NCBI GenBank assembly: GCA_038496445.1
Contig: JALMLS010000250.1
Span: 8,683-72,682, forward strand
Reading direction: 5' to 3'
Length of the DNA: 64,000 nt
Source: Trichosphaerium sp. ATCC 40318
Lineage: Eukaryota > Protista > Tubulinea
The position numbers were made by a program, and so were the translations under genes. This document shows, piece after piece, positions 52,383 through 64,000 of the stretch. A model generated the notes under the pieces. That model was given only the letters and a program-made list of their open reading frames with translations. It ran no database searches and was not told where the DNA came from. Each line of letters begins with the position of its first letter. Position 1 is the stretch's first letter.

Positions 52383-53826
52383 TCATTGAGGCAAAAAGAC
52401 TGGCATCAGTGATTCTACAATAGTTTCGGTCACTTTTGGAATTGAAAACGTGATTCTGATTGTATGTACATCCAAGCTCTCCTCCTCAATCAAAGTCTAC
52501 ACAAAAGAGTATCAAACAATGAAGTTGCAAGCGATTTTGTAGGTGTAGTAAAACGTACAGCTGATTCTAAGAATGCACACAATATAGTCACAAGTTTTTC
52601 ACGCATCAACTTGTTGTGTACTACTACATTGACATTTGTTTCCAACAATGGACTACGTCGATATTAGTAAACAGCCTACTTAAAACAACAATTGACGCAC
52701 TCTACACCGATCAAATAATCGTGGTGCATTGCTTTTCGATCAACTAAAGTTGAGTAATATATCACCACAAATGTTTCTGATCCTACCATTGCTCGTTTCA
52801 TATAGGATTTACTTAAACTTTCCTTTGTATTATATAAGTGCGCCCAAATAGTACGTTGTGCTTTTGCCCACAACTCTTCCGCTGAGAGACGTAAGGGAGT
52901 GAACTTGGTATAAATTACTAGTACCCAAGTTGGAATAGTCCCATTTTATTCCTGAAATTGCATCAACACATCTCGCCTTTACAACTTCCGGTCCAATTTC
53001 ATTATCAGTCCATAATAGTCTAAACTCACCATTATCGAAACTAGGGTACTATTTGAAAGAATAAATACAGAACAGGTTTTGTCTATATGCGTACCATACC
53101 ACAACGTTGAAAGTACTTTGTCGTCATTGATCTACCAAGTTCTGTTGCTAGATATATTACCGTGCCACTTGCTACCGTCTCGGCACAGAAAACACTCTTC
53201 ATGCGCTTGCCGCGCCGTGCCTATAAAAAAGTTTGTTGTTGTACTCAAAGAACACTGTACATCACGATGCAGAATTGCTACAAAGTCGTGTTGCCACTGT
53301 TTTTGTAGACGTCCAAGAATATGAATGACTGTTAAAATTGGTAGTTTACACTCTGGTACATGTTAGTGTAATAACAAGATGTATTAAGCACGTGCTACAA
53401 GGTATGTTCATATCTTCCCATACAATGGGTACGCCATAGTATTCAGCTGCAAACCATAAGCCTCCAGGATCTTCGATACTTGTCATTTCTTCATTTTTCA
53501 TCAAACTCAATATTTTCGGGAGATGCTTTGAATGACTATTTTTGGAGAGTACGTTATTTTGTCGGATGTGTTTTCAAATATTGTCTTTTAATTAAGTAAG
53601 GAGCGCACCTACATTCCTCCAAAAGCGTAGTAGTTGATGAATTATCTTGTAATGATTCAAAATGTACTTTAGACGCGAAAAGAGACGATGGATACGCGTT
53701 TAGGAGTGTTTCTGACAGTGCGAAGGTATAATTACCACATATAAACTGTACTGACGTTTTAGTTGTTGGTACAGATGTACCAGGTGCCTGATTCAATTTT
53801 CTTTTCTTTAGTTGAGGCTCTGACAT
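52383..53826 (-). CDS. NLS-BTB/POZ family gene, copy A
   Basis: MSEPQLKKRKL; KCTD-type BTB F.LSETLLNAYPSSLF...LPKILSLM..LWFAAEYYGV; exon structure shared with the other copies; ends LMPVFLPQ*. Confidence 0.8.
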
Positions 53827-53904
53827 GCTTTACTCTAAAATAACGCAAAGTCAACGTCGTTATTGAATTGTCTAGCCCGATAAAATAGAGTTATTTAGAA
53901 CTAA

Positions 53905-54170
53905 TAATGTCGATTTCTACTTAAACGTTTCCGCCTCTATATGGGCTTTACATACTTGCATAGAAGAGCCAAGTTCGACTATTTGTATGCGTTTCAGGAG
54001 CGTTGTGAGCGAAGGCAATAAAGACGAAAACAGTGCGAGTTTTCTTTGTAAACACTCCAAAAAATGACAACAAACGCTACAGCTGAAAACTTTACGAGTT
54101 TTCTTTGTAGCAAGCGCTCTAAATGACAGGAAACTTGCACAATTTTCGGCTTTTTTGCCGCAAAAGCGGA
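53905..54170 (-). repeat. Dispersed non-coding repeat, copy 2 (inverted relative to 20170-20432)
   Basis: Reverse complement matches copy 1; lies between the divergently transcribed BTB copies A and B. Confidence 0.9.
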
Positions 54171-54501
54171 AATGTTTAAGTGGTGCCAACATTTCAAAAG
54201 TAACCTAACGAATAGTACCACTACTTTTTTTGTTGTTCTACAAAGGCGTAGCGTTTGAAAAAGGGTGCAGATCTTTGCTAAAACTAGGAACAAAGTGCAA
54301 CATGCGTATTAAAACCTGGAGTAAGTTGAACTGAGCTACTTGGCATATTATCAAAGTGACTTGTTATTCTATGCAAAGAACTAGCTGGTAAAAAACTAGA
54401 GTGCCATTAGTTTTTGTATTTATCATCCACTTTTTTTAGCACCAACAAAGTCCATCGCTTTCAAGATTGATTTATTAGTCTGTTACTTTTACAACTTCTT
54501 T

Positions 54502-55930
54502 ATGTCTGAACCACCAAAGAAGAAGAGAAAGTTGGATTCTAAAGATACAACACCACTAGCAACTGGTAGTGAAAAGTTTGTTTGTGGTGACTTTAGTTTC
54601 ACACTTTCAGAAACACTTCTAAACGCGTATCCATCATCTTTTTTCGCGTCTAAACTTCATTTTGAATCATTACAAGATAATTCATCAACAACAACAGTTT
54701 TGGAGGAATGTAGGTACGCATTACCCGTCATATACACCAACTATCACTCTAGTGTTCTAACTCTTCAAAACCAGTCATTCAAAGCATCTCCCGAAAATAT
54801 TGAGTTTGATGAGAAATGAAGAAATCACAAATATCGAAGATCCTGGAGGCTTATGGTTTGCAGCAGAATACTATGGTGTACCCATTGTGTGGAAAGACAT
54901 GAACATGCCTTTTAGCACGTGCTTAATACCTCCTTTAGTACTTACAATACTAGGATTTAAACTGCCGATCTTAGCTGCAATAAATATTATCGATGATCTG
55001 AGAACAGTGTGGAAAGGCAATCTGAAGACAAATCTACGTCGTGCCGTACGTTATCTTTGTAACAACAACAAACTGTTTCATAGGCAAGAGGAGGTAGTTT
55101 CACAATCACTCTTTGTAGTGCCGAGAAAGTTGCACGTGGTAGCCCAAAGTTTTTAGCATCAGACCTTGGCAGATCTATAACAGTAAAGTTCCTTAAACAC
55201 TGTGGCTTGGTATAATCATCCAACTTATTCTATATTAATTTTTTCGAATAGAATTGTAGCTTTGCTACTGGGGAGTTCAGAATCTTATGGACAGATGAAG
55301 AAGTTGGACCTGCAGTTGTAAATGCGAGGTGTATTGACGCAATTTTGGGAAAACAATGGGTGTATACCAATTTGAGTAGGGTTTTTACTACCATTGTTCG
55401 CTCTTAATTTTACTTAGCGGAAGAGTTATGGGCAACATCACAACGTAAAATGTGGGAGCATCTACTCCGTGAAAAAGAAAGTATACATGCGACCTATGTC
55501 GAACAAGCAATGATAGGATGGGAAACATTTGTGGTGATGTATCACTCAACTTTAGTCAAAACAAAAAAAAGAATATATTATGACTATCTGATCAATGTAG
55601 AGTATGTACACCTCACCATTTGATTGATGACAATATTTTACTAATGCCACATAGTCCATTGTTGGAAACAAATGTCAATGTATTAGTACACAACAAGTTG
55701 ATGCGTGAAAAACTTGTGACTATATTGTGTGCATTCTTAGAATCAGCTGTACGTTTTCACTGCATCTACACAGCTTCATACTTTTTGGTTCCATTGGCTG
55801 ATTACATTTTGTGTAGACCTTAATTGAAGAGGAGATATTAGATGTACACACAATCAAAATCACTCTTTCAATTCCAAAAGTGAGCGGAGCTATTGTTGAT
55901 TCATTGATACCAGTCTATTTGCCTCACTAA
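54502..55930 (+). CDS. NLS-BTB/POZ family gene, copy B
   Basis: MSEPPKKKRKL; spliced LEECSHSKHLPKILSLMRNEEITNIEDPGGLWFAAEYYGV; ends LIPVYLPH*. Confidence 0.82.
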
Positions 55931-56198
55931 CAGCAATGTGCCAGTACGTTGTACAGTCTTTAGGGAACATTGACATATTCCAAAGTTTGTTTATCAAGCT
56001 GAAAACATCATTTGAAAGATATCTCGCTTCGACGAGTAAACGAAACATCCCTAACAATAAATGTTTTTTTGGTGCCTGAGTTTGTTCCCGTGTTGTTGCA
56101 CGTTAAACATCATTATGTATTGGTTGCTTGTATAATTTACTGATGCAATATTATGTACGTACGGCCAAGGTAGCCTTTAAAGAACTCCAGTATCTTTT

Positions 56199-57537
56199 AT
56201 GAATGAAGCTACCCGTGAAGACGCTTGTGAAGTTACTCATTGTCACATCAGTTGTAATTCGAAAACTAAAACGATTTCGACTTTGGAGGAATGTAGGTAT
56301 GTATCATGACGCATCATCAATAAGTATACGCACTGACTGAGTATCAGCCATTCAAACTTTCTTCCAACAATCGTAAGTTTGATGAGAAAAGAAGAAATGA
56401 CGAGTATTGATGATCCTGCAGGATTATGGTTTGCAGCAGAATACTATGGTGTTACGATTGTTTGGGAACACATAAACATGCCCTTGGGTATGTGGTTCAA
56501 ATACTCAACTCTTTGTTTGTTTACATATCATAGCACCTAAGCTAGCAATTGTCGCTGTTGTAAACATATTCAGATAGATACGAACTTTTTGGGAATCCTT
56601 GAAAACTTCACTTAAAAAAAGAGTAAGTGTTCTCAACGTATTCCACAAGTGTATTAACTCGTGTTAAAGGCAATCCGTGGTTACAACTCAGATACGGTTT
56701 GTAACCATGTTGAGGAACCATATTTAAATACGCGATTGGGTAGAGCTGCATTGGCAAAGTACTTTAATCACTGTAACTTGGTATGATATTAGCGAGCTTA
56801 TCGAAACTAACAACACCTCAACAAGCACCATAAATACTCAACAAATGAAGAAGGCGTATGCGAGCTGATAGTGCTTTGGACAGACGACGAGGTTGGATAT
56901 GAAATTGCCAATGCTAAAAGTTTTGCAGCAATTACAGGTGGATTTTGGAAGTTTGCCAACTTCAGTATGTTGTTTTCCTAGATGTACACGTTGTGATGTA
57001 TTGTTTAGCTGAAGAGTTGTGGTGCAGATCACAATATGTACGATGGAAAAGATTGTACGCAAAAAAGGAAATTCTAGAGCAAACCTACGCCCAACGAGCA
57101 AAAGATGTTGCAGAAAAAATTGTTATTTTGTATTGCACGCAGTCATTACCCCAAACAAATATTTACAGTGACGTTATTATTCACCCTGTGTATGTCTATA
57201 TTTTACAATTCTTGATACTAACGTGTATGAGCTAGTTCAAAGTTCTGTACTGTCAAAGCTATTGCAGACAGTTCGCAGATGCAGAAAAAACTTTGTAGTC
57301 TATTGTGCACTTTCTTGGAACTTGCAGTGAGTTCTTTTGTTTTGTTCAATACCTTATGATATATTGATTTGTTGCTAGACTTTCATTGAAGATAAAGTAC
57401 ACGACAACGACAATTACACAATCACATTATCAATTCCAAAAGTAGATGATTCATTGCTTGAAAGTTTTTTACCGATATTTCTTACTCCTTATGATCGAAA
57501 CCACCAAGTATATTTTGAGAAATCTAATGCCTGTTAA
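56199..57537 (+). pseudogene. NLS-BTB family, copy C (5' end replaced, premature stop)
   Basis: Homology begins only at ..TLEEC; NLS and first half of the BTB are missing; in-frame TAG at 56575-56577 in exon 3. Confidence 0.75.
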
Positions 57538-58100
57538 GAGTAATAAATAAGCTTCTATTGTATTGGTTTCCGTAATGGTACAGTTATGCTAGAACTACAT
57601 ACCTTCATAATTTTTAATACACATTGTATTTGGCATCAAGTGAATCTTCTTGCCTTACAAGAATAGCCACAGCAAGTATTAGCGATACTATGTTATTTAC
57701 TTTAAGTTTTTGCAAACAATAAAGAGCCCACGAGCGTTCCCTACACAAAGTAAGGTTTTTTTGATTTACTCTCAACTACGTGTATCCCTCGTGTACTGTG
57801 GAAGAAAACTGGTGCAATAATTCAATCACCACCAAGTTACATTTGCTTAAATTACACAAATTTTCCTTCATCGGGTAGAGTTCCGAAACATAACACAATG
57901 TCAACTATAAAGCCACTTGCATTTATGGTAACAACACCGCTCAATGTCAATGCGCCCTAAATAAAAGCTATGCAGTTGTCGTAAATGTTCCTTGTGCATA
58001 GTCTAGTTTGCATTCGTATTTGGTCATGACTTTTAGTAGTAGCAAGTGGAATCAAAATATGTTAATTTTTCTGGCAAGATAGACATCGACTCTTCTTGCG

Positions 58101-59526
58101 ATGTCTGAACCACATAAAAAGAAAAGAAAATTGAATCCAAGGGCTAAAACAACAGTATCGGCGACAGAAACATCAGTGCAATTTAAATGTGGTGACTTTA
58201 TGTTCACACTGTCAGAGGACAATCTTAGCGCGTATTCATCGTCTCTTTTCGCGTCTAAAGTACATTTTGAATCACTACAAGATAATTCATCAAAATCAAC
58301 GCTTTTGGAGGAATGTAGGTGCGCTCCTTAATTAAAAGACAAAATAATGTAACACTCCAAAAACAGTCATTCAAAGCATCTCCCGAAAATATTGAGTTTG
58401 ATGAAAAATGAAGAAATCACAAGTATCGAAGATCCTGGAGGCTTATGGTTTGCAGCTGAATACTATGGTGTACCCATTGTGTGGGACGACATGAACATAC
58501 CTTTTAGCACGTGCTTAATACCTCTGTTGTTACTTACAATACTATAGAAACTAAGTTGCCCATTTTATCTGTTATTAACATTCTCGAACTTCTGCAATTA
58601 ATGTGGAAAACCAACTTGAAAGAACTGCTGCTGGAAGATGTACGTATGTTTACTTGATGCCAACAACAAACTTTTTAAAAGGCGAGGGGTGGGAGCCGCA
58701 TGAACAATCTTTGTTCTCCTGAGAATATTGCAAACGGTAAGCCAATATACGTAGCGACAGAGCTTGGTAGATCAATAACAGTAAAATACTTCAAACAATG
58801 TGGCCTGGTATGATAAAAAAGAAACATTTCACATTAACTTTCCATAGCATGCCAGTTTTGATACAGACGGTTTAAACTTATTGTGGACTGATGACGAAGT
58901 TGCAAATGAGGTTGTAAAGGCGAGATGTATTGACGCAATTGTAGGAAAAAAATGGGCATATTCTAACTTGAGTATGTTTGTTTATTTCAACACTAGCTCC
59001 CCTTTGTAACACCATTTAGCGGAAGAGTTATGGGCAACATCACAACGTAAAATGTGGGAGCATATACTCTATGAAAAGGAAAGAATGCATAAATCCTATG
59101 TCAAACAAGCAATGATAGGATGGGAAACATTTGTGGTGATGTATCACTCAACGTTAGTCAAAACAAAAAAAAGAATATATTATGACTATCTGATCAATGT
59201 AGAGTATGTACACCTCACCATTTGATTGATGACAATATTTTACTAATGCTACATAGTCCATTGTTGGAAACAAATGTCAACGTATTAGTACACAACAAGT
59301 TAATGCGTGTAAAACTTGTGACTATATTGTGTGCATTCTTAGAATCAGCTGTACGTTTTATTGCACCTACAAAATTGTTCGTAAGTTCATTGGTTGATAC
59401 TCTTTTGTGTAGACCTTAATTGAAGAGGAGATATTGGATGTACATACAATCAAAATCACATTATCAATCCCAAAAGTGAGTGAAGATATTGTTGATTCAT
59501 TGATACCAGTCTATTTACCTCACTAA
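58101..59526 (+). CDS. NLS-BTB/POZ family gene, copy D
   Basis: MSEPHKKKRKL; eight exons splice in frame to ...LIPVYLPH*. Confidence 0.82.
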
Positions 59527-59826
59527 ACAACCTTTAACGATATAGCCATTGTGTAAACAGAGGTTTTACCAAGGAGCTGTAATTGTATTTGTAGGATCAA
59601 CAATAGCGAACATTTTGCTGTGGGAGTATCCGAAACAGCAATAAACTATTCTCGTCTGTTTAAATATCAGGTTGTTGTAACCGTGTAAGTACGAAAATTG
59701 AGTTGCTACATGTGCTTGTTATTACCGGCAACGGTTGGGGTGACGTTCAGAGAACTAAAAAATTACACTGGGACTTAGCAACGAAAGCATCTTCTGACTG
59801 TAGAAACAGCAAAACAGTTCGAACTA

Positions 59827-61259
59827 ATGTCTGAACCACCAAAAAAGAAGCGGAAACTATATGTGAGGACTAAAACTACCTCAGGTCTAAAAGAAAATGA
59901 CATTCATTTTAAATGTGGCGATTTTAGCTTCGCACTTTCAGAGGACCTTCTCAACGCGTATTCATCGTCGCTTTTCGCGTCTAAAGTGCATTTTGAATCA
60001 TTACAAGATAATTCATCAACAACAACGATTTTGGAGGAATGTAGGTGCGCTTATACTTAAACGACAATATTTGAACAAATAACACTCCAAAAACAGTCAT
60101 TCAAAGCATCTCCCGAAAATCTTGAGTTTGATGAGAAAAGAAGAAATCACAAGTATCGAAGACGCCTCCAATTTGTGGTTTGCAGCAGAATACTATGGCA
60201 TACCTATTGTTTGGGAAGACCTTAACATGCCTTTTGGCACGTGACTCTTTAAGTCTGTATTCATTGCTAACGTACCTATAGCTTCAAAGTTATCAATTCT
60301 GGCTGTTACTAGTATTTTAGCCCAAGTACGATCTCTTTGGGACACGTTAAAAACAATACTACGGAACAACGTATGACTCCGTTGGTTGTACACACGTATT
60401 AACTTTTGTAGGCAAAAACTGGCTCCTTGAAATATATTATATGTAAGGTTAAAAGCAATACGGGCGGTGCTACAAGCTATTTCACTACAAAATTGGGTAG
60501 ATTGATATTGGACAAGTATTTCAAACACTGTGGCTTAGTACACAAGTAACGAATGTTAGTCGCTAATGTTTTACCAGTGTCATAACTGCGATGATGATAT
60601 TTTAACTATACTATGGACGGACAATGAAGTTGGTCCTGACCTTGTAAAAGCAAGATGTATCCAAGCACTCACTGGACAGTTTTGGGAATTCACAAACTTG
60701 AGTACGTTTTCTGATATCATTTCATTTGTAACTGACTTAATAGCGGAAGAACTATGGGCATATGCTCAATATAAAACGTGGCAAGATCTTGAGATTGAGA
60801 GGGAGAAAATGATACGATCGTATGTGAGACAAGCATCAAAAGGTGCAGAGAAATTTGTTGTATTATATCGTTGTGCAAACACAGACCACCCTCGAGATTG
60901 TGGTATATACTACGATTATCTTATAGATGTTCAGTATGTACACTTGTTAAAAGTCCTATTTTGACTAACTGTATTGTAGTCCATCAATCGAAGCTTCTGT
61001 TGATGCTCTAGTCAAAGATGAAGGAATGCGTAAGAAGCTAGTTAGTCTATTCTGTCTATTTATAGAAACAGCAGTACGTAAACTATTCGTCATTCCAACT
61101 CTGATTGTTTTCTTGCAGACGTTCATTGAAGAGAAGATATTGGATAAAAAAACAATAGAAATCACATTATCAATCCCAAAAGTGAGCGAAGCTATTGTTG
61201 ACGATTTTTTACCAATGTATCTCACACCATTCACACTTCCAGCAAATCAAAAAATTTAA
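59827..61259 (+). CDS. NLS-BTB/POZ family gene, copy E (divergent C-terminus)
   Basis: MSEPPKKKRKL; BTB nearly identical to the other copies; C-terminal half strongly diverged; ends PANQKI*. Confidence 0.82.
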
Positions 61260-61538
61260 TTTGTAAATACATGCACAATGTCTTCATGGACCTGAATCAC
61301 AGCTATTTAACCTGACTTTTTAACATATCTCTGGTTGTTCGTTTGCAGTTTGTTTAATACCGTGAGTTGATAGATGTTCCCGCAAAATCTAGCCACACGT
61401 CAACCTTTTGTTTTGATTATCAAACCTTTGTGAGCATTCAAAAACTGCGTCAAGCCCTTTACCATGGTTTTTTTACACCTTTCAATCAAGAGTGCATAGA
61501 AAGCTTGCTTAATCTAGCTTGTTGCAACACTCAGAGCA

Positions 61539-62989
61539 ATGTATGAGCCACGAAAGAAAAGAAAGTTGAATCCAGCCAATGAGACAAAAGAAATATCAAT
61601 ACAGTTTATTTGTGGTGATTTTAGCTTCACACTTTCAGAGGAGCTTCTCAAAGCGCATCCAGTGTCTCTTTTCGCGTCTAAAGTACATTTTGAATCACTA
61701 CAAGATAATTCATCGAAATCAATGCTTTTGGAGGAATGTAGGCACGTATAGCGCTAACTATAATCCTGACATAATTATAACAACTATACTCTGCATTCTA
61801 ACACTCCAAAAACAGTCATTCAAAGCATCTCCCGAAAATCTTGAGTTTGATGAAAAAAGAAGAAATGACAAGTATCGAAGATCCTGGAGGCTTGTGGTTT
61901 GCAGCAGAATACTATGGTGTACCCATTGTTTGGAAAGATATAAACATTCCTTTTAGCACGTGCTTAATACCTTTGTTATCATCTGTTATTACTTACAAAA
62001 CTACAGCAAGTAAATTGCCCATTTTATCTGTTATTAACATTCTCGAACCTATACAAACAATGTGGAAAGGCAACTTGCCAAAAATACTTTTGGGAGATGT
62101 ACGTTTTTCTTGATGACACCAACAAACTATTTCGTAGGCAAAGGCTGGGAAATGCGCAACCATTATTTGCACTGCCCGCAGCGTTGCAATTGGTAGGCCT
62201 TTGTATGTAGCAACAGAGCTTGGTAAATCAATAGCAATTAAGTACTTTAAACACTGTGGCTTGGTATGGTATCAAACGCATTTGTTCAATATTAACTCTT
62301 TCAATAGCATCCTAGCTTTGATAATTTTGGCTTAAGGCTACTGTGGACAGACGAAGAAGTTGGCCCTGAACTTGTGAATGCAAGATGTGTCGATGTAGTT
62401 TTAGGAATAAAATGGGAGTATGCAAACTTGAGTAAGCTTATTCAATGACAATGTATACTTGTTTATGCACTTCAGCGGAGGAGTTATGGGCAATATCACA
62501 ACGTAAACTATGGAAGCATATACGACTTGAAAAAGAAAGTATACATAAATCCTACGTAAAACAAGCAATGATAGGATCAGAAACATTTGTGGTGATGTAT
62601 CACTCAACTTTAGTCAAAACAAAAAAAAGAATATATTATGACTATCTGATCAATGTAGAGTACGTACACCTCACCATTCGTTAGGTTAAATGAAGAGTAT
62701 TTTACTAATAATGCTGTAGTCCATTATTGGAAAGAAATGTCAACGTATTAGTACACAACAAGTTGATGCGTAAAAGACTTGGTACTATATTGTGTGCATT
62801 CTTAGAATCAGCTGTACGTTTTATTGCACCTACAAAATTGCTCATAAGTTCATTGGTTGATACTCTTTTGTGTAGACCTTAATTGAAGAGGAGATATTGG
62901 ATGTACATACAATCAACCTCACGTTATCAATTCCAAAAGTGAGCGAAACTATTGTTGATTCACTGATACCAGTCTATTTGCCTCACTAA
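61539..62989 (+). CDS. NLS-BTB/POZ family gene, copy F
   Basis: MYEPRKKRKL; GC donors at introns 1 (61742) and 2 (61956); ends LIPVYLPH*. Confidence 0.8.
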
Positions 62990-63684
62990 TCGCATTTCAC
63001 AGTCTTTCTTGATAGTGAAAACACTTCAAGATACTACTATTATGTAATACTGAGGTGTTGTCAAAGAGTTGAAACTGTATTTGTAGGATTAAAATCGCTT
63101 CAAACTGGCATTGTAGCAAGAGTATCGAACAATAAACCACGGTCATATAGTCATTCACACTTCCACCTGAGTAACTAAATATGTAACTATTGTAGCATCC
63201 TCGTTGCTGTTGTGAGTGAATCCTGGTACCAGGTGCTTCATAAAGTTCTTACAATTGTCGTTACGGGCTGCAACAGCTTTCTGAACTAAAGCGTAGATGA
63301 GGTTGTAAAGGATTTAACCTGAAATAGCTAAGCCTACTTTTTAAAAGGCCACTCCCGATTTGTAGCATGCACGTGACTTTCTATACTTATGCTCACTTAA
63401 AGTACTCCATAAGGATACACTAATAGTATAGCTCTCAGAGTTGCAAAAGGCTACGTATGTTCACAAACTGTCTCGAAAAATCTGGCTTAGGTAAAATCCA
63501 TAGTCTTTTTATGAGTAAATGTACCCTACTTTAAAAAGAGCTAGAGTACGTAGCGTTCCGCAATCCTCCTTGGCTTAATGTACTTTAAAACACCTGATTT
63601 AATAGTTACTAGAAGAACTATGGGCTTGCGTTTGATATAAAACATAGCAGATCTAGACTGACAAGATCAATTGATCCTTAAAAA

Positions 63685-63742
63685 AGGCGAAGCTATTGTT
63701 GACAACTTTTTTTAATGTATCTCACACCATTCATGCTTCGCC
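63685..63742 (+). pseudogene. Short fragment of the last exon of an E-type BTB family gene
   Basis: gcgaagctattgttgacaacttttttt..aatgtatctcacaccattca matches 61186-61232 with an indel. Confidence 0.7.
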
Positions 63743-64000
63743 TTGTAAATAGGTTCTGTTTAAATAAATTGTTTGCAAGTACGCTGTTTAGTTAACTAAT
63801 TTATTTACTCCCTTTCTCATATGGTGTGAGATAAATTGGTAAAAACTTGTCTACAAGGGCTTTATTAACCCGTGGAATGATAACGTGAAAATGATTGTGT
63901 TTTCACTCACTATCTCTTCTTTAACAAAGGTCTATACAATAGTTAATACACAATTTACCTCATATTGTACATACTGCTGTTTTCAACAATAAACACAATA

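Noticed and set aside
54770-54850. Apparent conserved +1 frameshift (AAA TGA) in BTB genes, suggested by overlapping ORFs SFKASPENIEFDEK* and MRNEEIT
   Set aside because: A phase-2 intron (tgtag|gt...cag|tcat) puts the exon in the SHSKHLPKILSLMRNEE frame, so no recoding is needed.
52383-63742. Repeated blocks as a CRISPR array or transposon
   Set aside because: The repeats are paralogous intron-containing genes; no spacers, transposase, reverse transcriptase or terminal repeats.
1-64000. Alternative genetic code or stop-codon readthrough
   Set aside because: Stops in conserved genes fall inside introns, and TAA, TAG and TGA all end genes normally; exonic stops occur only in otherwise degraded copies.

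Overview
This is eukaryotic nuclear DNA, not prokaryotic. It is AT-rich, gene-dense and very intron-rich (introns mostly ~35-100 nt, dominant donor GTACGT, many AAG acceptors, several GC-AG introns), and it uses the standard genetic code. A free-living protist, probably an amoebozoan, is my inference from the HRDLAARN/GPxxWMxPE receptor tyrosine kinase, the WY..GG..YP..W repeat protein and the intron style. The ORF track mostly shows exon fragments, so I spliced the genes by hand; internal boundaries are approximate. Housekeeping genes: SAM methyltransferase, GINS Psf3, lipin, GCP2, YEATS/Yaf9, MAPK15/ERK7, delta-COP, a RING E3 and a class IV sirtuin. Accessory content: (1) two dispersed paralogs fusing an F-box-like motif to an E2 fold that lacks the catalytic Cys (Ser in one, His in the other; HPN->HPM in both); (2) a tandem array of NLS-BTB/POZ genes (5 apparently intact, 1 pseudogene, 1 fragment) with a homogenised BTB module and divergent C-termini; (3) unusual fusions (sirtuin-RRM, UBA-NYN, repeat protein with a degenerate nuclease domain); (4) bacterial-type genes carrying introns (tandem DUF302, DenD-like, SGNH, a HEAT-like protein); (5) intronless LRR genes with a giant-virus-like repeat; (6) a dispersed hairpin-bearing repeat, a candidate structured RNA and strong CACGTG enrichment. 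Best candidate for an undescribed system: a lineage-specific cullin-adaptor toolkit made of F-box-pseudo-E2 fusions plus the diversifying nuclear BTB array.
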